Shown here one piece after another: positions 41,057 through 50,450 of a DNA stretch of 64,000 nucleotides. The stretch lies in assembly GCA_964188305.1 (NCBI GenBank), contig OZ076888.1; one strand, written 5' to 3'. A program made the position numbers and the translations under genes. This DNA is from Podarcis bocagei (taxonomy: Eukaryota). The notes below the pieces were generated by a model. That model saw only the letters and a list, made by a program, of their open reading frames with translations, was not told the DNA's origin and made no database searches. The first letter of the stretch is position 1. Each line of letters starts with the position of its first letter.

Positions 41057-41235
41057 ATAGGAAGGAGTCGGCCTTATACAAAGTCACACTATTGGTCCAT
41101 TTAGCTCAGTATTGTCTACACTGACTGGCAGGGGCTCTCTAGAGTTTCCGCCAGGATTTGTTTCCAACTCTACCTAGAGATGGAACCTAGAAGCTTTGCA
41201 TGCAAAGCAAGTGCTCTAACCACTGAGATACAATC
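41057..41235 (-). mobile_element. tRNA-derived SINE (Squam3-like)
   Basis: Reverse-complement homologue of 24277-24465 (CAGTATTGTCTACAC, GCTCTAACCACTGAG). Confidence 0.7.
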
Positions 41236-42791
41236 TCTCTTAGATAACAAGGTCAGAGATAGCTCAGTTAAGACAGGACTACAGGCAGCGACCATTTCGC
41301 ACCAGGGTTCTGTTCCCAACCCCTGCATGCATCGGCAGAGCATCTCATTACACCACACCCCCATTCTGCTTTCTTCCGGGTCCAAAAGGACCTGCACATC
41401 AACAATAACACATCAGCTGGATACACCTAAAACCGTAACTGCCAACAGAGAGCCTCTGGAGAAAAGCAGCATATTTAATATCATATCTTACCCGCATCTC
41501 CCTCCAGGTGGCATTCGTATTCTCATATTGTAAATAGGAATTTGTGTCGGAAAGGGTGAACTTTCCTAGTGAGTTCATGGCAAGGCATTTTTGAACCAGG
41601 AACTCCCTAGTTCACACACAGTTCATCATTTCACCACACCTGTTCCATTTTCTGCTTACCAACAAATATACCTGGTTGCAATAAGCCCTTAAAGTATGCA
41701 ATATTCATGCTGCCCTGCTCTGCAGCAAGTAGCTGAACTCTCCATAAGCTGCCAATTTTGAAGGCTGCCACCCTACATTTAAAATCCACATAACCCCACC
41801 ACGATGCCAGACCTTCAAAGGACCTGCTGAAATGTGCCTATTTTCATCTGTCAGTGTTCAGAGGGCACGAGTGTCTTCACAAAGCAAGATCTGGATGTTA
41901 GAGCCCTATTTTCTTTCTATATATTCTGAGGCAATAAAAAAAAAAAATGTTTGGAGGAAATAAGGAAGTCATTAGCGCAATCGATTTCCAAGAACGCCTC
42001 TAAAATGGGCCTGAAGATGTTCCCCAGCAGAACCCTTTTTCAGCTGACAGATGGTAGAATCATTTCATCAGGCTGTTCCAACACTCAGCTCATATGACAG
42101 GCAGCAGGGTGCGGTCAGGTTGCTGCACTTTGAATGGTGATTATGCAATGCTGCTTTGCATCTTAGCATGAGAAGACACGTGAGCCATCTATGAGCAGTT
42201 ACCCCCATGCTACAAGTGTAGAGCTTCCACAGCTATCCAGTGTTGCTACCTGAATCCTCTCACACAACTAACCACACCATGTCCACACCACACCTGGTTA
42301 CAGTTTACAGTTTGACAACTGCTGTTTATTGCAACAATAATCCACAGCCTCAGCCTTTTTCACTTGTTCCCTTCCCACATCTCTGTTTTATAAAATGTTG
42401 GCCAGTTGTCCCCCTTCAGATGTTAAGATTATGTGCGCTCCAGGGGTCAGAACTTTCCTTTACTTACATGTACTGTATATCTTGGGTCTAGCACCCAAGA
42501 GTCTTGAACCTGACAGCAATGCAGCTTTTAGGTGCTACTATATTCCACAGAAACAATAAAGTGCTACTTGGAAAGATGGAAAACTCATTTTGCTTTCGCC
42601 TTGAACCCACTTGGGGGTTCAAAAGTTCGACTGAAGCTCTGACAGAGACGGAAAGGAGTGATGAAGAGACAAAGAAAAAATAACTAGTAGAAAAGTGGGC
42701 TGTAAATGGAGGCTGACTGCAGGCAGAATGAAAAGAAGAAAGCCAACACAAAGGAACAGTGGAAACGAGAGGTGTCAAAATCCCAAATCCT

Positions 42792-43140
42792 GGCTTCCGG
42801 TCGGTGCCAGCGCTTAATGGCGGTCCTACCTCCGAGCTCCGGAGAAGGACTGCTTCGCAAGTTCGGGTCTTACCCGCTACGGCGAGCGGGGGACCCCTAA
42901 AATCCCAGGCGCTGAAGCCTGAGAACAAGGAGACTCGGTGGGCACCTTCGCGCCCCCCGGTACCGTGAAAGAGCCTTTTTAAAGGCTACGGATCGACATC
43001 GGGAGAGAGCGCGGTGCTGAGAGTCGCTACCCAGCCTGCGAAGTGAAGCCGCGTCGCCATAAGCGGAGAGCGCCGATTCCTTCCTGAAAAGAAAATTTGG
43101 ACTGAATTCCCGTGAGTAAGAGTTGGAAAACAACCGGGAC
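42792..43140 (+). promoter_or_regulatory. L1 internal promoter / CpG-rich 5'UTR head
   Basis: CpG-dense in an otherwise CpG-depleted window. ETS-type CTTCCGG at the 5' terminus and YY1-type AATGGCGG at 42816-42823, positioned much like the YY1 site of mammalian L1. Promoter function is inferred. Confidence 0.7.
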
Positions 43141-43750
43141 CCTTTAAATTTCAGAAATTGGGCTAAAAACGGGGGGATTTAAACAAAGGAAGTCTGCCTC
43201 CCCCCGACTGCATGAAAGTGAAAGCAACGGAACTCTAAACTTGCATCCGTTTAGACCTGCTCTTTGATCATATAAACCGGACATTTAGACCTTTGATCTC
43301 CCCTCTAGCAAGCAGGGCAGAGGGGAGGTGAATTTGATTAATAACTGCATGATTTATTTGGAGGAAAAAACCTCTGCTATCTCATCTATTTGAAAGTTTG
43401 AAACGGACTGCCTTTTTAGTACACTGAGCAGACTTTTCCCTGTGAAGTGACATCTTGATACAAAGTTTCCACAGTGCCTGACTTTTGTATATTATAAGAA
43501 GAAACAGTATAAACAGTATACTGGGCAACTGTGGCAATTGGAAGTTATAAGACTTTAGCAACATTGACTTTGACTGTGTTAATCTCCTTTCTTTTTACAT
43601 CTTGGACTGTCTCCTTTGTTCTTGTATTTGGAAACTTCTTTCTATGGCCATTTTGATTTGCTCCCTCTAGAGGATAAAGTAAAGTCCGGCACGGCCTAAG
43701 ACAGTGGAATTTTCCAAGGGAGAATAAATCCCGTGGGAACTGACCTTGAC

Positions 43751-44782
43751 ATGAGTGGACCACAAGAAGAGATAGTTACAAGAGCCAAGATCAAGCAACA
43801 ACAACAACAGCAACAGTTGCAGCTGCAACAAGCAAAGAAAAGAGGCTCAATCTCAGGCACAACAGCCGGATTAGCTGGAACAACAGGACAAGACAAAGGA
43901 GCAGCCGTTTCTATGGAAGCTGTGACAGAAGCCTTGCTTAAGATAAACCAGACTCTGGAGTCTCTGACAAATCAGACTTCAGAGAACACACAAAAATTAA
44001 CAGAAATATCAACAAGATTAAACCAGAATACAGAATCTATAAACAAACTGGTCGAGGAAAACGCTACCACGCGTCAAATTGCCGAAGAGGCCAAAGCCAC
44101 TGCTGGAGAGACGCAGGAGAAATTAGAGCCACTTGCCAAGAAGGTCTATGAGCATGATGCAACTTTGGCCTTGTGGGAGTTACAGAGGAAAGAGAGAAAC
44201 TTAAAATTAAGACTGATTCCGGAGAATGAAAGAGACAACCTTGTGGAATATTTGACACGGGAGTTTGCGGATTGCTGGGACCTTGAGGAAGACGAATTCA
44301 AAATCACAACTGCCTTTAGACTGGGTAAAAAGCAAGATAGAAAGACACCGAGAGATTGTCTGATCACACTCAGATCTAAGGAGGAAAGAGATAAAATTTT
44401 AGGACTACACTTTGAAAAGGCCTTGCAAATTGGAAACTCAGCTGTACAGATCTTCAAAGACATACCAAAATACATTTTGGATTTAAGAAACTTCTACAAG
44501 GACTTGGTTCTTTTGTTAAAGAAAAATTCTATCCGCTTCAGGTGGGAGTTCCCACAAGGACTGTCATTCGACTACAAGGCAAAGAAAGTGAAAATAAAGA
44601 CAATTCAAGATAAAGACAAATTTTTGGCAAGATACCAGGAGGACTTACAGAAGGGGACTGTGGACGTACTTGCAGAACAGAGGAGAGCACTGGATATCCT
44701 GAATCTCTCGTTTGGACAAAAACCACCACCATCAGAAGAAGAGCAACAACTTGGAGCTGTTGGAGGAGCCCTAAGAAAATAA
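43751..44782 (+). CDS. L1 ORF1p (343 aa from the first ATG; coiled coil plus RRM/CTD-like RNA-binding region)
   Basis: Lies directly upstream of ORF2 inside the TSD-bounded element. Heptad-rich segment followed by RKERNLKLRLIPE (L1 ORF1 R-x-x-N-x-R/K-x-x-x-x-PE-like motif) and FRWEFPQGL. The ORF-track start at 43733 is a GTG. Confidence 0.9.
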   Translation: MSGPQEEIVTRAKIKQQQQQQQLQLQQAKKRGSISGTTAGLAGTTGQDKGAAVSMEAVTEALLKINQTLESLTNQTSENTQKLTEISTRLNQNTESINKLVEENATTRQIAEEAKATAGETQEKLEPLAKKVYEHDATLALWELQRKERNLKLRLIPENERDNLVEYLTREFADCWDLEEDEFKITTAFRLGKKQDRKTPRDCLITLRSKEERDKILGLHFEKALQIGNSAVQIFKDIPKYILDLRNFYKDLVLLLKKNSIRFRWEFPQGLSFDYKAKKVKIKTIQDKDKFLARYQEDLQKGTVDVLAEQRRALDILNLSFGQKPPPSEEEQQLGAVGGALRK

Positions 44783-44786
44783 CAAG

Positions 44787-47700
44787 ATGGCTTTGCAATT
44801 CCTTAGTTGGAATTGTAATGGACTGAATGGGCCTTTGAAGAGAAGACAAGTATTTCATATTTTGAACAGAGAACAACTGGACTTGATATGTTTACAAGAA
44901 ACTCACATAACCAGAGCCCACAGGAGATTACTCACAAATAAAAGGCTAGGACAAGAATTTATTTCATCAGACAAAGTTAAGAAGAGAGGAGTGGTAATAT
45001 ATGTGAAGGAGAAATGGGCTCCAAAAATGATATTCAAAGATGAACAAGGGAGATATCTGGCTGTGGAGATACAAGTACAAGGAGAAAAATTTTTAGTTGT
45101 TGGAATCTATGCACCAAATGAAGGCAAATCTGACTTCTTTAAGAGACTTCATGAAACTTTGATGGACTATCTGGATTACAATATGATAATCATGGGAGAC
45201 ATGAATGGCGTGGTCTCCACTAATATGGACAAGGCACAAAGACTAACAGTCACTAAAGAAGGGAGACTCCCTAAGACTTTTTTCGAAATGACAGAAAACA
45301 TGGACTTGATAGACATTTGGAGAACAAGGAACCCTCTGGAGAGAGAGGGAACCTTTTTCTCCCAAGCAATGATGACCTGGACCAGAATTGACCAAATCTG
45401 GGTTACTAGTGGACTGGCTCCAAAGATTAAGAAAGTGGAAATCTGCCCAAAAACTTGCTCCGACCATAACGCCGTGAAGATGGAGATGAAACCCACAATA
45501 ACTGGTCAATTTAGATGGAGAATGAATGACACCCTCTTTCGAGATAAGGAGATTCTCACGAAGGCCCAAAAGACCTTAAAAGACTATTTTGAAATAAATT
45601 TGAGGACCGACGTGGAGAAAAGAGTGATCTGGGACGCAAGTAAAGCGGTTATGAGAGGATTTTTGATTCAACAAAATTCAATAAAGAGGAAAAAACAAAA
45701 TGAGAAAAAAGAGAAGATCTTGGAAATGATAAAGGAAGGAGAGAGGAAATTAAGAACAAAACCAAAGTCTCAGGACATTTTAAGAGAGATCAAGTTATAT
45801 CAAACTCAATATATGGAATTGATGAACCAAGAGATTGAATGGAAGATAAAGCAAATGAAGCAAAAGACTTTTGAATCAGCAAATAAATGTGGCAAACTTT
45901 TGGCATGGCAATTGAAGAAAAGGCAGAAACTAAATACAGTTACAAGCCTAGAGGTGGATGGAAAGAACATATCTAAACCCAATGAAATTAGAAATTGCTT
46001 TTTAAGTTACTTCAAAAAACTCTACACCCAAGGCCCGCAAAATGAAGAAGATATAGACAAATTCCTTGGAAGATATGGATTACAAAATATCTCTCAGCAA
46101 AGTAAGATGGACTTGAACCAGAGAATCTCAGAACAAGAGATAGAGGCTGCCATTCAGAATATGCAACTGGGCAAATCTCCGGGACCAGATGGACTGACTT
46201 CTAGATACTACAAATCGCTGAAGGAATGGCTGATTCAACCACTAAGAGAAGTTTGTAATGAGATTCTTGAGGGAAAAAGGGCACCTGAATCGTGGAAAGA
46301 GGCATATATTTCACTCATACCAAAGTCAGAGACTGAAAAGACCCAACTCAAGAACTACCGCCCAATATCACTCCTTAATGTGGATTACAAAATTTTTGCA
46401 GACATTTTGGCAAAAAGATTTAAAAGAGTTTTGATGGAGAAGATTCATAAAGACCAAGCAGGCTTTCTCCCTAAAAGACACCTAGCAGACAATGTAAGGA
46501 ATGTAATAGACATCTTGGAAAAGCTGGAGGTGAATATAAACACTAAAGCAGTATTGATCTTTGTGGATGCGGAGAAAGCCTTTGATAACATCTCTTGGAG
46601 TTTTATGAGGAAGAATCTTCATGGGATGGGGGTAGGCCAGGGTTTTGAGAATGGTATGGCTGCAATATATTCTGAACAAAAAGCTAAACTGATTGTAAAT
46701 AATGTTGTGACTGAGGAACTTAAGATAGAAAAAGGAACACGACAGGGGTGCCCAATTTCCCCATTACTTTTTATTTCGGTTCTGGAGGTGTTGCTGAATA
46801 TGATAAGAAATGACCAGCAGGTCAAAGGTGTGCAGGTCGGAGCTAAACATTATAAGTTAAGAGCGTATGCAGATGACCTAGTATTGACTTTGCAAGAGCC
46901 AAACACTAGTACGAAAAGGGTCTTAGAAATAATACAACAATTTGGTCAGGTAGCTGGATTTAAGTTGAATAAGCAAAAAACTAAAGTTTTAGGGAAAAAC
47001 CTAACAGATATGGAAAAGGAGAAATTTCAGGAGGAAACAGGTTTGACAGTGGTCAAGAAGGTGAAATACCTAGGGGTTTATTTAACACCTAAGAATGTCA
47101 ATTTGTATAAGGACAATTATGAAAAATGTTGGTCAGAGATTAAAAAAGATTTAGAAATATGGTCAAATCTGAAACTGTCAATGTTAGGCCGAATTGCAGT
47201 AATTAAAATGAATGTATTGCCTAGAATGTTATTTTTGTTTCAGACCTTGCAGATTCTTGACAAGATGGAATGTTTCAAGAGGTGGCACAAAGACATTTCG
47301 AAATTTGTCTGGCAGGGCAAAAAGCCCCGAATTAAATTCAAAATACTGACTGACGCTAAAGAAAGAGGGGGTTTTGCCCTGCCGGACCTAAAATTGTACT
47401 ATGAGGCAGCAGCTTTTTGCTGGCTGAAAGAATGGATGCTCCTCGAGAACACGGACATCTTGGATCTGGAAGGTTTTAATAATGCTTTTGGTTGGCATGC
47501 ATATCTTTGGTATGACAAAGTTAACAGTACTTTTAAAAATCACATTGTTAGAAAAGCATTATTTAATGTCTGGATAAGATATAAAGACCTATTGGAAAAT
47601 AAAACCCCTAGATGGGTGTCACCAGTGGAGGCTAAAGCAGTGAAGAAACTCAATATGGAGGTCGGATGGCCGAAGTATTGGGAAATCTTAGAACAGGATG

Positions 47701-48518
47701 GAGACAAGTTTAAACTACAAAGTCAGGAGAAATTGAAGCACAAAGTAGAAAATTGGTTTCAATATCGCCAAATAATGGAATTTTTTAAACAGGATAGGAA
47801 AATCGGTTTCCAGGTGGAGAAATCAAAACTAGAGACCGAACTGTTAGAACCCAATACTAAGAATTTATCTAGAATGTATAACTTGCTGTTGAAATGGAAC
47901 ACACAGGATGAAACAGTTAAATCGGCTATGATTAAGTGGGCGCAGGATGTTGGACACAACATTATGTCAGATGACTGGGAATGGTTATGGAACACCGGTA
48001 TCAAATTTACGGCATGTAATGCCTTAAAGGAAAACATTATGAAAATGGTTTACAGGTGGTACATGACCCCAGTCAAACTGGCAAAAATCTACCATTTGCC
48101 CGATAATAAATGTTGGAAGTGTAAAGAGACTGAAGGTACTTTCTATCACCTTTGGTGGACATGCCCGAAGATAAAGGCCTTCTGGGAAATGATCTATAAT
48201 GAAATGAAAAAGGTACTTAAATGTACATTTCCTAAAAAACCAGAGGCCTTTCTCTTGGGCATTGTCGGCCAATTGGTGACAAAGAAAGATAGAAATTTCT
48301 TTATGTATGCCACAACAGCAGCAAGAATACTCATCGCAAAGTATTGGAAGACACAAGATTTACCTACTCTGGAAGAATGGCAGATGAAAGTGATGGACTA
48401 TATGACAATGGCTGAGATGACAGGCAGAATCCGTGACCAACGCAAAGAGACGGTGGAAGAAGAATGGAAAAAATTTAAAAGCTATCTTAAGGACTACTAT
48501 AAACTGAATGAATGTTAA
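44787..48518 (+). CDS. L1 ORF2p (1243 aa): APE-type endonuclease, reverse transcriptase and C-terminal CCHC zinc knuckle
   Basis: EN motifs SWNCNG, LQETH, YAPN, GDMN, SDHN. RT motifs KSPGPDG, NYRPISLLNVDYK, DAEKAFD, GTRQGCPISP, YADD, KYLG. Knuckle CWKC-x8-HLWWTC. Confidence 0.97.
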   Translation: MALQFLSWNCNGLNGPLKRRQVFHILNREQLDLICLQETHITRAHRRLLTNKRLGQEFISSDKVKKRGVVIYVKEKWAPKMIFKDEQGRYLAVEIQVQGEKFLVVGIYAPNEGKSDFFKRLHETLMDYLDYNMIIMGDMNGVVSTNMDKAQRLTVTKEGRLPKTFFEMTENMDLIDIWRTRNPLEREGTFFSQAMMTWTRIDQIWVTSGLAPKIKKVEICPKTCSDHNAVKMEMKPTITGQFRWRMNDTLFRDKEILTKAQKTLKDYFEINLRTDVEKRVIWDASKAVMRGFLIQQNSIKRKKQNEKKEKILEMIKEGERKLRTKPKSQDILREIKLYQTQYMELMNQEIEWKIKQMKQKTFESANKCGKLLAWQLKKRQKLNTVTSLEVDGKNISKPNEIRNCFLSYFKKLYTQGPQNEEDIDKFLGRYGLQNISQQSKMDLNQRISEQEIEAAIQNMQLGKSPGPDGLTSRYYKSLKEWLIQPLREVCNEILEGKRAPESWKEAYISLIPKSETEKTQLKNYRPISLLNVDYKIFADILAKRFKRVLMEKIHKDQAGFLPKRHLADNVRNVIDILEKLEVNINTKAVLIFVDAEKAFDNISWSFMRKNLHGMGVGQGFENGMAAIYSEQKAKLIVNNVVTEELKIEKGTRQGCPISPLLFISVLEVLLNMIRNDQQVKGVQVGAKHYKLRAYADDLVLTLQEPNTSTKRVLEIIQQFGQVAGFKLNKQKTKVLGKNLTDMEKEKFQEETGLTVVKKVKYLGVYLTPKNVNLYKDNYEKCWSEIKKDLEIWSNLKLSMLGRIAVIKMNVLPRMLFLFQTLQILDKMECFKRWHKDISKFVWQGKKPRIKFKILTDAKERGGFALPDLKLYYEAAAFCWLKEWMLLENTDILDLEGFNNAFGWHAYLWYDKVNSTFKNHIVRKALFNVWIRYKDLLENKTPRWVSPVEAKAVKKLNMEVGWPKYWEILEQDGDKFKLQSQEKLKHKVENWFQYRQIMEFFKQDRKIGFQVEKSKLETELLEPNTKNLSRMYNLLLKWNTQDETVKSAMIKWAQDVGHNIMSDDWEWLWNTGIKFTACNALKENIMKMVYRWYMTPVKLAKIYHLPDNKCWKCKETEGTFYHLWWTCPKIKAFWEMIYNEMKKVLKCTFPKKPEAFLLGIVGQLVTKKDRNFFMYATTAARILIAKYWKTQDLPTLEEWQMKVMDYMTMAEMTGRIRDQRKETVEEEWKKFKSYLKDYYKLNEC

Positions 48519-49821
48519 AATGTTGTGGTTGCCAGAAGCAATAGGGTACAAGGATACAAGGTTAGACAATAAAAGAGGACTAAGATGACAGAGATTAGAA
48601 AGTAACAATTGGGAGTTGCTAGTTCAAATTTGGACATTGGGATGCAGAGAGGGGGGGTATGGGGAAGTCCAAGAAAAGAGGTTTATGAAAATATCTTTGA
48701 AACTATTCTGTATGTTTGTCATTTTTTGTGTTTGTTTGTTTTTCTTAAAAATGTTGTAAAACCAATAAAAATTTATTTAAAAAAAAAACAAAATCCCAAA
48801 TCCTATAGTAAACAGTGAGAGGCTGGCAGCGCAAGCCTTCTTCTGGCAAAACAATCAAAATTATTTCAGTGGTTCCTTAGTTACAATGTGATATAGCAGA
48901 TACACACAGATACACTTAGCCTTTCCAGTGCAGGATTCATGGCCCAGCCATGAAGCTCAATGAATGGGTGAGAGCAAGTCACTTTTTAAAATTAGTATCC
49001 TTGGACAGAAAAGTAGAGCCTGTGAAAAAGGATGTCTGTTTGCAATGCCCACATATGCAATGCCTCTCTTTATTGTCAAATGCCAAATCAAAATACGCAT
49101 GGACAAAACAGTTGTCTGTGAATGATGTATTTTTCCACACCTCTGGCTTCAGATAGTTCCTGCTATATCCTGAAGGAAGGCTGTTAATAGAGATTTCATT
49201 TCAACTATTTCCTGCCCCCTTAGAATAGCCCATCTCTTTATTTTTATTTTTGACAAAGAACCCATTATTCGACATAGTATTTTGGATGGTTTGAAAACTC
49301 TTTCTTTCTAGCTTATCCACCCCACTTTTGTTTGAATACCCACTAGCTGAATACTTTTAAGTGTTCCAAGTGGGTCGTCGTCCCCCCCCCCCCCGGCTTA
49401 GGGAAGCTGTTTAGGACAGTTTATCTATCTGGCATCAGATTTCATTGGAACCATAGAGCCAAGTTACATGTTATATCAAACCCATTGTTTGGAGTTGTGT
49501 GGTTTATTTATTTTTAGAAAAGCTTTAAACAGCAACCATGGGAAGGGTGGGGAGCTGATGAGGATGTGGACGGTGGTGAGGGATGGAGGTATTGGTGAAA
49601 ACTGCCCCCTAAAGTTGCTTTTTATGTCAGGAGAGAAGCTTCTATCGGTATCCCTCCTTATCCAAACAGCAACTTTGGTAGGGGAAATTATTTTTGTTGC
49701 AACTGCAGAACTGACACACCCCAGTCCCAACCTGAGCAGTGCCCACCATAACTTCCTATTTGAAGTTTAAAAAATAAATACACACCAAACTACAGATTAA
49801 ATTTATAGCTTTTCCTGTAGC

Positions 49822-50038
49822 CATACCCTCCAACATCGATCAGGACATGCGTCTTTTGGGATCCTGCTCCCACAGGTGTCACCTGGCTCCTGGGAGAGTA
49901 CGGTCCTCAAAACGGGTACCTTTGGGGGCTGCTCTCCTGTGGGAGCCAAAACAGGACATCTCAGGATCCAGTCAAAAGCTGAAATGACTTCTGTAATTCT
50001 GGGGTGTCCCGCTCAAAGCGGGACAGTAGACAATTATG
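49822..50038. mobile_element. hAT-type MITE with CATA...TATG ends; relatives at ~34953-35082 and ~53224-53360
   Basis: Imperfect TIR CATACCCTCCAAC/GTAGACAATTATG; imperfect 8-bp TSD CCTGTAGC/CCTACAGC. Confidence 0.6.
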
Positions 50039-50381
50039 CCTACAGCTAGAAAACAGGTTTCTTCTAGATATGGAGTGGAACAATACCTCCATGGCCAACT
50101 TTGTGCTGGCTATTTCTTAATCCCTTGCACTTCATTCTAAAACTTCTAAGGATTCTCCCTTCAAAGGTGACTTATGAGACCCAAGCCTATAACAACATAT
50201 GTTGATATTCTAATGCTTAATTAATAAGATGCTTTTGCAGAAGTGTGTTCAGTTCCTTCTTTCTTTAAAATGTTTTTTCAGTGGTTAAAAGTTGGGGAAT
50301 TTTTTCTTAAATGAAAATGCAATCATGAATTTTAGACAATTGCATAAGCAATTGAAATCCAAAGACAGTTCAGCTCCTTAG

Positions 50382-50450
50382 CCGATAAAGTGGGTAGGCT
50401 GCCCATGAAAGCTTATGCTCCCATAATGTGTTAGCCTTTAAGGAGTCATG
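50382..50450 (+). mobile_element. Penelope-like element terminal-repeat relic with a decayed minimal hammerhead ribozyme; second relic at ~14641-14763
   Basis: CCGATAAA-GTGGGTAG-G-CTGCCCAT-GAAAGCTTATGC...TGTTAGCCTTTAAGG resembles the recalled sauropsid Penelope repeat (CTGATGAAGTGGG...CCCACGAAAGCTTATGC...GTTAGTCTCTAAGGTGCCAC). Confidence 0.6.

Larger units (their letters stand above)
42792..48788 (+). mobile_element. Full-length, apparently intact LINE-1 retrotransposon (5,997 bp), antisense to the host gene
   Basis: Perfect 16-bp TSD CAAAATCCCAAATCCT (42776-42791 and 48789-48804). CpG-rich 5' end starting GGCTTCCGG; two long uninterrupted ORFs; AATAAA at 48764-48769; A10 tail at 48779-48788. 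Confidence 0.97.

Noticed and set aside
42488-43133. Minus-strand ORFs over the L1 5' end as an ORF0 analogue
   Set aside because: Apparently non-ATG starts, one runs past the TSD into flanking DNA, and GC-richness explains the lack of stops.
44064-48608. Multiple antisense ORFs overlapping L1 ORF1/ORF2
   Set aside because: Shadow frames of A-rich coding sequence with no motifs.
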